DNA from: an uncultured Chroococcidiopsis sp.
GTDB taxonomy: Bacteria > Cyanobacteriota > Cyanobacteriia > Cyanobacteriales > Chroococcidiopsidaceae
Length of the DNA stretch: 64,000 nucleotides
Assembly (NCBI GenBank): GCA_964248365.1
Contig: CAXTYC010000016.1
Coordinates: 1 to 64,000 of the forward strand
Reading direction: 5' to 3'
Part shown: positions 9,175 to 17,822 of the stretch, one piece after another
Position numbering within the stretch: position 1 is the first letter of the stretch
How the letters are laid out: the number at the start of each line of letters is the position of its first letter
Program-made: the position numbers and the translations under genes
Notes under the pieces: generated by a model
Database searches by the model: none
What the model saw: the letters and a program-made list of their open reading frames with translations, nothing else
Told to the model about the DNA's origin: nothing

Positions 9175-10245
9175 ATGACTTCATCTCCCTCATTTGAAAC
9201 ACTAGATTCACTTCGAGAAGATATTGCTGCACTACTTGAGCAGCTACCGAATTTACAACATCGGCGACTAATCCAACAAGCGATCGCTACCCTTTTACGT
9301 CTGTCTAGTAGCGAAATTGACCGCTTAGATTGGAAGATATTGGCGGCATCTTTAGCCGACATGGAACGTGGACTACAGCTTTTTCATACCTATCGGCACG
9401 TACGCAAAGTCACCATCTTTGGCTCAGCTCGTACATTGGTAGATCATCCTGAATACCAGATGGCAGTTAACTTTGCTCGTTGTGTAACTAATTTGGGATT
9501 TATGGTAATGACGGGCGGTGGTGGCGGCATCATGCAGGCAGGAAATGAAGGCGCAGGCAGAGAAAATTCTTTTGGCTTGAATATTCAACTGCCATTTGAG
9601 CAAGAAGCAAACCCATTTATCCAAGGCGATCCAAAGTTAATTAACTTCAAGTATTTCTTCACTCGTAAACTTTTTTTACTGAGAGAAAGTGATGCGATCG
9701 CTCTATTTCCAGGCGGTTTTGGCACTCAAGATGAAGCTTTCGAGTGCATGACACTCAGCCAAACAGGTAAATTTGGTCCCGTACCTCTAGTTTTAATTGA
9801 TCGCCCTGGTGGTGACTATTGGCAAGCTTGGAGTAATTATATTCAAGAGCATCTGGTGAAAAAAGGTTTGATTAGTCCAGAAGACCCCAGCCTTTACATT
9901 GTTACAGATAACTTAGATGTAGCTTGCAATGCCATCACTGGTTTTTACCAAGTTTATCACTCGTGTCGTTATGTAGGTGATGTATTGATAATTCGCCTCA
10001 AAACTGAGTTATCCGATGCTGAGGTTGAACAGTTGAATGCTAATTTTAGTGACATTTTAATTAAAGGGCGGATTGAAAAAAGTAAAGCTTTACCTCAGGA
10101 AGCCCAAGACGAAACAATAAACTTACCCCGACTGGTTCTCTACTTCAACCAACGCGACTTAGGACGTTTGTATCAAATGATTGCCGCCATTAATAAAATG
10201 GGTACACCATCCCCAGAAACAACAGCCCATCCAGAACGTAAATAG
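9175..10245 (+). CDS. LOG family (TIGR00730-like) nucleotide monophosphate nucleosidase, long form
   Basis: VTIFGSAR, TGGGGGIMQAGNEGA, FKYFFTRK and PGGFGTQDE (PGGxGTxxE) motifs. Confidence 0.9.
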   Translation: MTSSPSFETLDSLREDIAALLEQLPNLQHRRLIQQAIATLLRLSSSEIDRLDWKILAASLADMERGLQLFHTYRHVRKVTIFGSARTLVDHPEYQMAVNFARCVTNLGFMVMTGGGGGIMQAGNEGAGRENSFGLNIQLPFEQEANPFIQGDPKLINFKYFFTRKLFLLRESDAIALFPGGFGTQDEAFECMTLSQTGKFGPVPLVLIDRPGGDYWQAWSNYIQEHLVKKGLISPEDPSLYIVTDNLDVACNAITGFYQVYHSCRYVGDVLIIRLKTELSDAEVEQLNANFSDILIKGRIEKSKALPQEAQDETINLPRLVLYFNQRDLGRLYQMIAAINKMGTPSPETTAHPERK

Positions 10246-10429
10246 ACGTTTTCCTATGTATTTGGTTTATTAGATCTGTTGCACGAATATTATTCAGCTT
10301 CCACAGGCCAGAGGTAAGAGGCACGAGGAAAAACATCTACTGATAACATAAATCACCCAAACAAACAAAAAATCTAGCTATAGCGCCTCTCGCCTCTCAC
10401 CTCTCGCCTCTAGCCTTTTAGTACTAGAT

Positions 10430-11470
10430 TTATGAAGCTTTTCGCCAAATCTTGATAGTTTTGTCCTTGCTACCACTGGCGAAGCTTTGACCAGAAGGAC
10501 TGAAGGCGACGGATGTAACCGCTGCTGAATGATCCCCCAGAGTGCGTAACAGTTTTCCCGTTTCTGGGTTCCACAGTTTGATAGTTTTGTCCTCACTAGC
10601 ACTAGCAAGGGTATTACCATCCGAGCTAAAGCTCAGAGATGTCACTGCCTTTTTGTGTGAGGCTAGGGTATGAAGCACTTCACCAGTCAACACATCCCAA
10701 AGTTTAATTTGCCCATCGTTACTACCACTGGCAAGGATTTTACCATCAGGGCTAAAGCCGATCGCGTAGACTGGTCGCAAGTGTTTGGTAAAAGTTTGAA
10801 GTAATTTGCCGTTTTGCACATCCCAGAGTTTGACGCTGTGATAAAAACTACCACTAGCAACGGTTTCACCATCCCGACTAAAAGCGATCGCTGTTACTCC
10901 AGAAGAGTCAGAGATAGTACGAATAAGCTTGCCATTTCTAATATTCCATAACTTGATAGTGCGATCGCCACTGCCACTAGCTAAAATTTTCCCATTTAGG
11001 CTAAAAGCTACAGAACTCACCCAGTCTTTATGCCCCACCAGGGTACGAATCAGTTTCCCATTCCTCAGATCCCATAGTTTGATAGTTTTATCTCCACTAC
11101 CACTAGCAAGAAACTGACCATTGGGGCTAAAAGCTACAGAACTTACCCAGTTTGTATGTCCCCTAAAAGTGTGCAGTAGTTTCCTCGTATTCAAATTCCA
11201 AATCTTGATCGTTCTATCTCCACTACTACTAGCAACGATATTACCCCCAGGGCTAAAAGCTACAGAATAAACTGCCTGCGAGTGACCACCGCTTATAGTA
11301 TCAACATTAAATTTTCCTTGCCAATATGCCGTCAAAATCAGGGGCGAGAGGGGTTCCCCTGCGGTCTTAACGTTTACTCTTAAAGCGTGGTAGCCTGTTT
11401 CCCTCAAAGCAGGAGTATAGGTTAGTAAGGAAATGAAAGTAGCACTCAAAATAAAAATTTGGGATAACAT
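10430..11470 (-). CDS. WD40 repeat protein with hydrophobic N-terminus
   Basis: Seven GH..V.SVAFSP.G..LASGS.DKTIKLW repeats. Confidence 0.92.
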   Translation of the reverse strand: MLSQIFILSATFISLLTYTPALRETGYHALRVNVKTAGEPLSPLILTAYWQGKFNVDTISGGHSQAVYSVAFSPGGNIVASSSGDRTIKIWNLNTRKLLHTFRGHTNWVSSVAFSPNGQFLASGSGDKTIKLWDLRNGKLIRTLVGHKDWVSSVAFSLNGKILASGSGDRTIKLWNIRNGKLIRTISDSSGVTAIAFSRDGETVASGSFYHSVKLWDVQNGKLLQTFTKHLRPVYAIGFSPDGKILASGSNDGQIKLWDVLTGEVLHTLASHKKAVTSLSFSSDGNTLASASEDKTIKLWNPETGKLLRTLGDHSAAVTSVAFSPSGQSFASGSKDKTIKIWRKAS

Positions 11471-12013
11471 ACGTGCTGGTTGAGTGATAGTTCAGCAATT
11501 GAGTTAGTAGAGGCTGGCGGTGGAGATAGGTAGTCGCATTTTCCTCGCTCCAGAGTAGAGACTAGACAAATTGGGCATACTGAACTACCTTCTTTACTGG
11601 AGGATGAGGTATCAAAATCATTAGCTACTTCTTCAGCCATAACAAAAAAAGCAATTAATTCTGGCATTTTCAAGTTAATTTCGGCAATTATATGTCAGGA
11701 TTATTGTTAACAACTAATCTTTTTTATTTGATTGCTATGGCTTCAAAAGCAATCAGGCTAAAGCTTTCATTACACTACTGTTGACTTGTTAATAAGATTT
11801 TTGGATTTTTTTAGTTTGATTTCTGGGTCAAGGCGATCGCTAAACATTTGTGAATTTACGTCTTGAATCTTTGCGTCATTCAGAAACATTTGTTTTATCT
11901 ATCTAAAACCAGACTACAGCCACTGAAAAAAAACATACAGTGAAACCAGAAACTTTAATTTAACTTTATGTAAAATTTGTAACATAGAGCAAACATTCAA
12001 AGAAAGTCAGGTA

Positions 12014-14080
12014 ATGAGAGGCAAGTTACTAGGCGGGCGGTATCAAGTTGCGGAAGTGTTAGCCAAAGGGGGCTTTGGTCAGACATATATGGCTAAAGAT
12101 ATACATCGACCTGGTAATCCGCCATGTGTTGTTAAGCACCTCCAGCCAGCTAGTATTAACTCCAGATTTTTGCAAAATGCTAGGCGTTTGTTCCAAACTG
12201 AAGCAGAAATCTTAGAAAAGTTAGGTCATCATGACCAAATTCCCAGGCTATTAGCTTATTTTGAAGAGAACCAAGAGTTCTACCTAGTACAAGAGTTTAT
12301 TCAAGGACATACCTTAACTGCCGAGTTGCAACCAGGTAAGCGCTGGAGTGAAAACGAAGTCTATCAACTTTTGCAAGAAGTCTTAGGAATTTTAGTATTC
12401 GTACACAGTTGGGGTGCGATTCATCGAGATATCAAGCCCGACAATATTATCCGCCGTGTGGGCGACGGGAAATTAGTTCTAGTTGACTTTGGCTCGGTTA
12501 AGCAAGCTTGGACACAAGTGATTACAGCTAACGAGCAGACAAATTCTATATTTGCTAATCACCTATCGGCAACGATCGCAATCGGAACCCCTGGCTATAT
12601 GCCAACCGAACAAGGGCGGGGCAAACCCCAACCTAATAGTGATATTTATGCCCTAGGGATGATTGCAATTCAAGCACTAACGGGGATAAATCCCACTCAA
12701 TTATTAGAAGAATCTGAAACAGGGGAAATTGTCTGGCAACATCATGCTTCGGCTGGCTGTGCGATCGCCTCTATAATCACGAAAATGGTACGCTACAACT
12801 TCAGAAACCGCTATCAGACTGCGACGGAGGCGTTAGCCGCAGTAAATCTGGAGGGGGCAAAGGAAATTAGCCCCGAAGGGCAACCATCTAAGGCTACAAC
12901 CACATCCTCAATACAACCATCTCTACAACAATCATCTAGTGAAAACCCGCTCCTACTTGCAAAAGCAAAATCGCCCCCACACACCCGAAAAATAGCTATT
13001 GGGGCATCACACAAAGCAAACGGAGCAGGGGTTGCTGGGGAAGTAAAAAGAACTGCAACCAATTTGGGCATCACTCAACCTACAGTTTTTATACCATCTG
13101 AACATCCTCCTGAGTTGTTAAGTGACAAAAGAAGCGGCGAGTCGGCACAAACATCACAAGCAACGAATTCGCAGCCAAGTCTAGCTGTGAATCGAGTTAA
13201 CCACAAACAACTTCAAATCAGAATTGGGGCAGCCATTACCGCTATGGTGATGAGTGTAATTGCTATCTATACGCTTAAATGGACACCAGTGGCAAATACA
13301 GAGAAAACAGGGGAGCAAGCCACTCAAAAAGCACAGGAAAATCAAGAGTGTGTAAAAGCTGCAACGCAAACCATAGTTGATAAGTGTCGGCTTACCCAAG
13401 CCCAGCAGCTAGCAGCAGCTAAAGATTTTCCCAGAGCGATCGCACTAGCTGAGCAAATTCCCTCAACTCAAGCTGATTATCCAGCAGCTAGGCAGCTAAT
13501 CGCTCAATGGTCTAATAGCTTGCACGAAAAGAATCATTCTAACGAGCAAGCAGCAAAAAGTCCGCCTGATATAGGTAAGCGGCACAATGAGATTAATGCA
13601 ACTAAGTCCTCTACTCATCCCAATCGGCAAAAGCACGTCAAACCAATTATTCACACACAAGCAAAAATACCCGCTTCTAAAACCGCATCTAAAACTGTTG
13701 TCCTTAGTAAACCAAAACCCACTACTACTAGACGAGCAAATCCAACGAGGGCTAAACGAGTTGCTCACAGTGTCACTGGCACAAACAGAAGTATTAAGCC
13801 TAGAACAACAAGTTCTGTTACTAGACAATCAACTCATGCTGTACCTAGAAGAATAGCTGCTAGACAATTAAGCCGTACTATTCCCAGACGATTACCAAGT
13901 TCTCTGAGCAAACCACCAGCCTCAATTGCTCAACCTCCCAGCAGGATTATCTACAAAAAAGTAACCCGCGTGGGCGTTAAACGCTCCACCCAAATTATCC
14001 GCCAGCAAGTAAAATCAGTTACTCAGATCGAACGCAGAATCGAGCGATCGTATAGATGGGTAACAAAAACTGTGCATTAA
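12014..14080 (+). CDS. Hanks-type Ser/Thr protein kinase, membrane anchored
   Basis: LAKGGFGQTY, VVK, IHRDIKPDN, VDFG, GTPGYMPTE, SDIYALG; TM helix near aa 403-422. Confidence 0.93.
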   Translation: MRGKLLGGRYQVAEVLAKGGFGQTYMAKDIHRPGNPPCVVKHLQPASINSRFLQNARRLFQTEAEILEKLGHHDQIPRLLAYFEENQEFYLVQEFIQGHTLTAELQPGKRWSENEVYQLLQEVLGILVFVHSWGAIHRDIKPDNIIRRVGDGKLVLVDFGSVKQAWTQVITANEQTNSIFANHLSATIAIGTPGYMPTEQGRGKPQPNSDIYALGMIAIQALTGINPTQLLEESETGEIVWQHHASAGCAIASIITKMVRYNFRNRYQTATEALAAVNLEGAKEISPEGQPSKATTTSSIQPSLQQSSSENPLLLAKAKSPPHTRKIAIGASHKANGAGVAGEVKRTATNLGITQPTVFIPSEHPPELLSDKRSGESAQTSQATNSQPSLAVNRVNHKQLQIRIGAAITAMVMSVIAIYTLKWTPVANTEKTGEQATQKAQENQECVKAATQTIVDKCRLTQAQQLAAAKDFPRAIALAEQIPSTQADYPAARQLIAQWSNSLHEKNHSNEQAAKSPPDIGKRHNEINATKSSTHPNRQKHVKPIIHTQAKIPASKTASKTVVLSKPKPTTTRRANPTRAKRVAHSVTGTNRSIKPRTTSSVTRQSTHAVPRRIAARQLSRTIPRRLPSSLSKPPASIAQPPSRIIYKKVTRVGVKRSTQIIRQQVKSVTQIERRIERSYRWVTKTVH

Positions 14081-14143
14081 ACAATTTTGAAGACCTTGGA
14101 TTTTAGATTGTCTCCAGGGGGAAATCTGGGAGCAGGCAAATTT

Positions 14144-14246
14144 TATACCATTTTGGATTATACCATTTGGTTTTATGGCTGCTACCAACGAATTGCTATT
14201 CCTAACCGTTGATGAGCATTTCCCAATCTAAAATCTAAAATGGTAT
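14144..14246. repeat. MITE-like dispersed repeat, copy B
   Basis: Terminal inverted repeat ATACCATTTTGGATT / AATCTAAAATGGTAT; internal AACGAATTGC shared with copy A. Confidence 0.55.
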
Positions 14247-14313
14247 TAAATAGCTCGGATTTGGAGATTTTATATTATCCCTATAGATAAATTTAGGGGC
14301 TAGTTTTTCTAAT

Positions 14314-14547
14314 CTAAAATCTAAAATCGGTTCTGTCAGGTACTGGATCGTAACCGCCTGGATGCAAAGGATGACAACGCAAGATCCGCCTAATCGCTAG
14401 AATACTACCTCGCACTGCACCAAATCTATCTATTGCATCTATTGCATAGGCTGAACAAGTCGGATGAAAGCGACAAGTCGGGGGAAACAGTGGTGAAATC
14501 AAAACTCTATAACCCCGAACTAACCAAATTAGTAAGATTTTCATCAT
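14314..14547 (-). CDS. yidD: Membrane protein insertion efficiency factor YidD
   Basis: [19 protein letters not shown]...[17 protein letters not shown]. Confidence 0.95.
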   Translation of the reverse strand: MMKILLIWLVRGYRVLISPLFPPTCRFHPTCSAYAIDAIDRFGAVRGSILAIRRILRCHPLHPGGYDPVPDRTDFRF

Positions 14548-14608
14548 AAAAGATTTCCTCTAACCCAAATCTACTACAGTTGTTAATGAGGTAGCTTTAT
14601 TTTCTGCT

Positions 14609-15322
14609 TTGATCGAGTTTCTAGATACTTCTATTCCTTGGTTAGCGTCAATCCCGACTATCTGGCTACAACTAGTAATCGTTGGCGTGTGGGTAGGCAT
14701 AATTCTACTAATAGCAGGCTGGATCAGCCGTTCTTTTAATAAAGATCCTGAACTCATACGCAAAATTGTTCACATTGGCACTGGCAATGTAATTTTGCTT
14801 GCCTGGTTGTTGCACATCCCTGCATGGGTAGGCATTACGGCTTCGATTTTAGCAAGTATAGTTACTTTGCTGTCCTACCAATTTCCCATCCTTCCAGGCA
14901 TCAACAGTGTAGGGCGCAAAAGCTTAGGCACTTTTTTCTACGCTGTCAGTATCGGTGTGCTTGTTGCCTGGTTTTGGTCTATTGATCAACCCCAGTATGC
15001 CGCTTTAGGAATATTGGTTATGACTTGGGGTGATGGGTTTGCAGCTTTAATTGGTCAGCGATTTGGTAAACATATTTACACAGTTTGGGGAACGAAAAAA
15101 AGCTGGGAAGGCTCTTTGACAATGTGTTTGGTCAGCTACATTGTCAGTAGTTCGATTCTTTTGGCAGTACAAGGTAATAATTTGTCAACTTGGTTGATTT
15201 CGCTTGCAGTTGCTTTAGTTGCTACAGGTTTAGAAGCTTTTTCTTTGTATGGCATTGACAATTTATCTGTACCTTTAGGCAGTGCTGCTTTGGGATTTTT
15301 TCTGTGTCAGTTATTACAGTAG
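14609..15322 (+). CDS. Diacylglycerol/polyprenol (phytol) kinase family membrane protein
   Basis: RKIVHIGTG, WGDGFAALIG, KKSWEGS and GIDNLSVP motifs of the CTP-dependent kinase family. Confidence 0.88.
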   Translation: MIEFLDTSIPWLASIPTIWLQLVIVGVWVGIILLIAGWISRSFNKDPELIRKIVHIGTGNVILLAWLLHIPAWVGITASILASIVTLLSYQFPILPGINSVGRKSLGTFFYAVSIGVLVAWFWSIDQPQYAALGILVMTWGDGFAALIGQRFGKHIYTVWGTKKSWEGSLTMCLVSYIVSSSILLAVQGNNLSTWLISLAVALVATGLEAFSLYGIDNLSVPLGSAALGFFLCQLLQ

Positions 15323-15704
15323 GGGCGGGTTTTTCAGGTATTGTTTGTATTGCAATGGAATAGGCGATCGCTCCTTGAATACAATTTGCTAACTCCACAA
15401 GCAAAAGCACAAGAACCAACAGCAAAGAATAATTCCCAATTCGGAATTATAGCGGACTGTTGCTTACACAACAAAAGTGACGTTGGCAACAGGTTTATTC
15501 AAATAGTTTAGAGGCACTAAAGCTATTATTAAGATTTTATGTGAAATCATACACAATTCTGCTGCTTTGTTGATAATGAAGCTATGCAACGAATAGCGTT
15601 GCACGGCTAGAGCAGGTGTTTTGCTGTTTGCCCTGCAAATTGTTGCCTTAAGGAGAACGGTGTCAGGGTAACAGCTAGTCTTAAATAACTCACGAGAATC
15701 AAAC

Positions 15705-15855
15705 TGGCTAACATATCCGGTTGATAGGCGTGGTGTAGGGTTTTTATCGTTTCCCCTACTTTGCAGTTTTCCCAGGGATGCTAAACCATCCCCCAGAACA
15801 GCCTGAGAAAATTGGCACACTGTTTGATTAGCCATCAGCCGGAATGCTATAGCCA
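15705..15855 (+). ncRNA. Candidate structured RNA (unknown family)
   Basis: Long closing stem 15705-15729/15831-15855 with nested stems; mismatches read as G-U pairs on the + strand. No family recognised. Confidence 0.35.
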
Positions 15856-16434
15856 AATCAATTATCAATTATCAATTATCAATTAGTGCTTATTGGTCAT
15901 TCGTTACTTAGTGATTTCGGGTGAATTTGTTTTAGGGTATTAAATTTGCTGTCCACTCCAGGTTGTAGATGTCTAAACCAAGGGAGTGGCGTAGACTCCC
16001 TGTTGTTCTCTAACCTGTTGTCCTCTAACAGGTAAATCTGCACAAATAAAGAGTAAAGCTGGTGCAGCCAAAACAGTCTTTAATCTCATGACACCACCTA
16101 CAAACATACTTTTATCCATAACTGTTTAAATTACGATACTTAATCAGAAACAGTCAAACTTTCTCATTTTCCTCTCTTGACGTATATTTAAGTCAACCTC
16201 GGCTCTAGGTAACTACTTCGGTGATGACTGGCTCTAATCGAATGGCACGCGCGTTAAGCGAAATTGTAATTGAACAAACAATATAAATATTGCACGGATT
16301 GTATCGTAATCAATTGTAGAGAGTGCAGCGATCGCACAATTGCTGACAATTACACTAGAGCTGAATCTAGTAAACAAACTACAAGAACTCATTGATATTC
16401 ACTGTCGTAAAGTTAGTAGTTACAATTAAACTCT

Positions 16435-16785
16435 ATGGATGAAAGAATCTTTGCCCTTCAAACCTACGCACACTTCTCTAACCAGAGGGCTAAAGTCACT
16501 CAAGTTGTAGCAACAGATAACTCTAGCATTGCGGTTTGGGCGGTACAACCTGGACAGGAAGTTGCAGCTCATCTTCACCCCAACGGTCAGGACACATGGG
16601 TAATGTTGAAAGGGACACTAATTTATTATCTAGGAAATGGTCAGCGCCAAACAATAAGTGCAGGTCAATGTGCCATTGCAGATCGCTCTCAGATTCATGG
16701 TGCAGTGAATGATGGTACAGAAGATGCTGTATTTGTTTCTATCTATTCAGATCCCAAGATTGGGTATACCAAAGCATTGCCTTAG
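16435..16785 (+). CDS. Cupin domain protein
   Basis: PGQEVAAHLHPNGQDTW...IHGAVN metal-binding cupin motifs. Confidence 0.88.
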   Translation: MDERIFALQTYAHFSNQRAKVTQVVATDNSSIAVWAVQPGQEVAAHLHPNGQDTWVMLKGTLIYYLGNGQRQTISAGQCAIADRSQIHGAVNDGTEDAVFVSIYSDPKIGYTKALP

Positions 16786-17013
16786 TTTCATTTAGACTCG
16801 CTTTTAGTATGGTGCTTTCAGAGGACTTGACTTAAGGAGGAATGGCACTAAGATAGAGTGAAATGTTCGCCTTATCTTAGTGCTATTCGGTTTTAGGCAG
16901 ACTCAACAACAGCAGCAATTTAACCAAAAACAAGAAATAAGTCGTAATTGATCGTTCTTTAACTTGCCACTCGTCCTTTATCTAACCCCTAATCCCTAGC
17001 CTCTAACCTCTCT

Positions 17014-17052
17014 AAAAAAAATTAGGTGGAGAAAGCTTAACTTATCTCCACC
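17014..17052 (-). terminator. Intrinsic terminator for the minus-strand small ORF
   Basis: GGTGGAGA/TCTCCACC stem with an A8 run to its left (U-tail on the minus strand). Confidence 0.6.
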
Positions 17053-17132
17053 AATTTCTATTTCTAATTCACTTAGCCAAATGGCAACAATAACCAAGGT
17101 AAGTATAGCCCAATCAACGGTTGCTAACCAAA

Positions 17133-17285
17133 CTACCAATTTTCGTTTCTATTTTGCTTGTACGGATCTCCAGCAAACGGTTGTACACCAATAGCGGGAT
17201 ATGCGTCATCACTAGGACCGAAAATTCGCGTCATCGCTTCAATAATATATTGAACAACGCTGCCCATCATTCTGGAAATTTCCAT
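17133..17285 (-). CDS. 50-aa small protein MEISRMMGSVVQYIIEAMTRIFGPSDDAYPAIGVQPFAGDPYKQNRNENW (not in the ORF track)
   Basis: Manually translated; AGGAG SD upstream of the ATG and a terminator downstream. The RIFGPSDD.YP..GVQPF.GDP motif is recalled from conserved cyanobacterial small proteins. Confidence 0.75.
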   Translation of the reverse strand: MEISRMMGSVVQYIIEAMTRIFGPSDDAYPAIGVQPFAGDPYKQNRNENW

Positions 17286-17758
17286 AAAATTAAGCTCCTT
17301 GAACGATGATAATATCTTTAGCTTGCGAATATTTATATTCTAGTTTTCATATTTGTCTACTATGATTGAAGCTCAATCAAATGCAAATAATTGCAATACT
17401 TGTTTGATTATCTTTGTAATACTTTAGCTTTTAGCTAAGCTGATGTGCAGATAATTTGCAGCGTCATGATAGGCAAGAGGCTTGAGGCGAGAGGCTTGAG
17501 GAAAAGTTTCTTATGCAAGCTGAATGTGTAATAGCTTATTAGCTGTTAGCCTTTAGCTGTTAGCTGGCGAGCTGTAACTGGTAACTGGTAACTGGTAACT
17601 GTAACTAAGCCATCTAAAAGCTAATAACTTCTATTGAAGCATTTCTTGAATTTTGTAGAAAATTACTATTAAAAAATATTACTAATACTATTATTAAACT
17701 ATAAATTTACCCAAAAACGCCTTTAAAATTGGTTTTGTTATAGCTGGTACAGGAACAC

Positions 17759-17789
17759 TTGACATAGTTATGGTAAAAGCTACTATAAT
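17759..17789 (+). promoter_or_regulatory. Promoter of the NAD operon overlapped by an NrtR operator
   Basis: TTGACA at 17759-17764, TACTAT/TATAAT at 17781-17789; 21-bp dyad TTATGGT-AAAAGCT-ACTATAA (17768-17788) with the GT-N7-AC core of NrtR sites; nrtR is in the operon. Confidence 0.8.
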
Positions 17790-17822
17790 TTAGTCAGCCA
17801 TCTGCAATGAGGACAAAACGCA

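Noticed and set aside
11446..11673. 75-aa ORF upstream of the WD40 gene
   Set aside because: TTG start, no motif or SD; probably not coding.
15464..15868. 134-aa minus-strand ORF
   Set aside because: Starts in an STRR tract and has no protein motif; pairing evidence favours a plus-strand RNA.
17121..17309. 62-aa plus-strand ORF
   Set aside because: Antisense to the better-supported 50-aa minus-strand gene.
17378..17399. Fur-box-like AT-rich dyad
   Set aside because: Only about 9 of 14 positions match the 7-1-7 consensus, in very AT-rich DNA.
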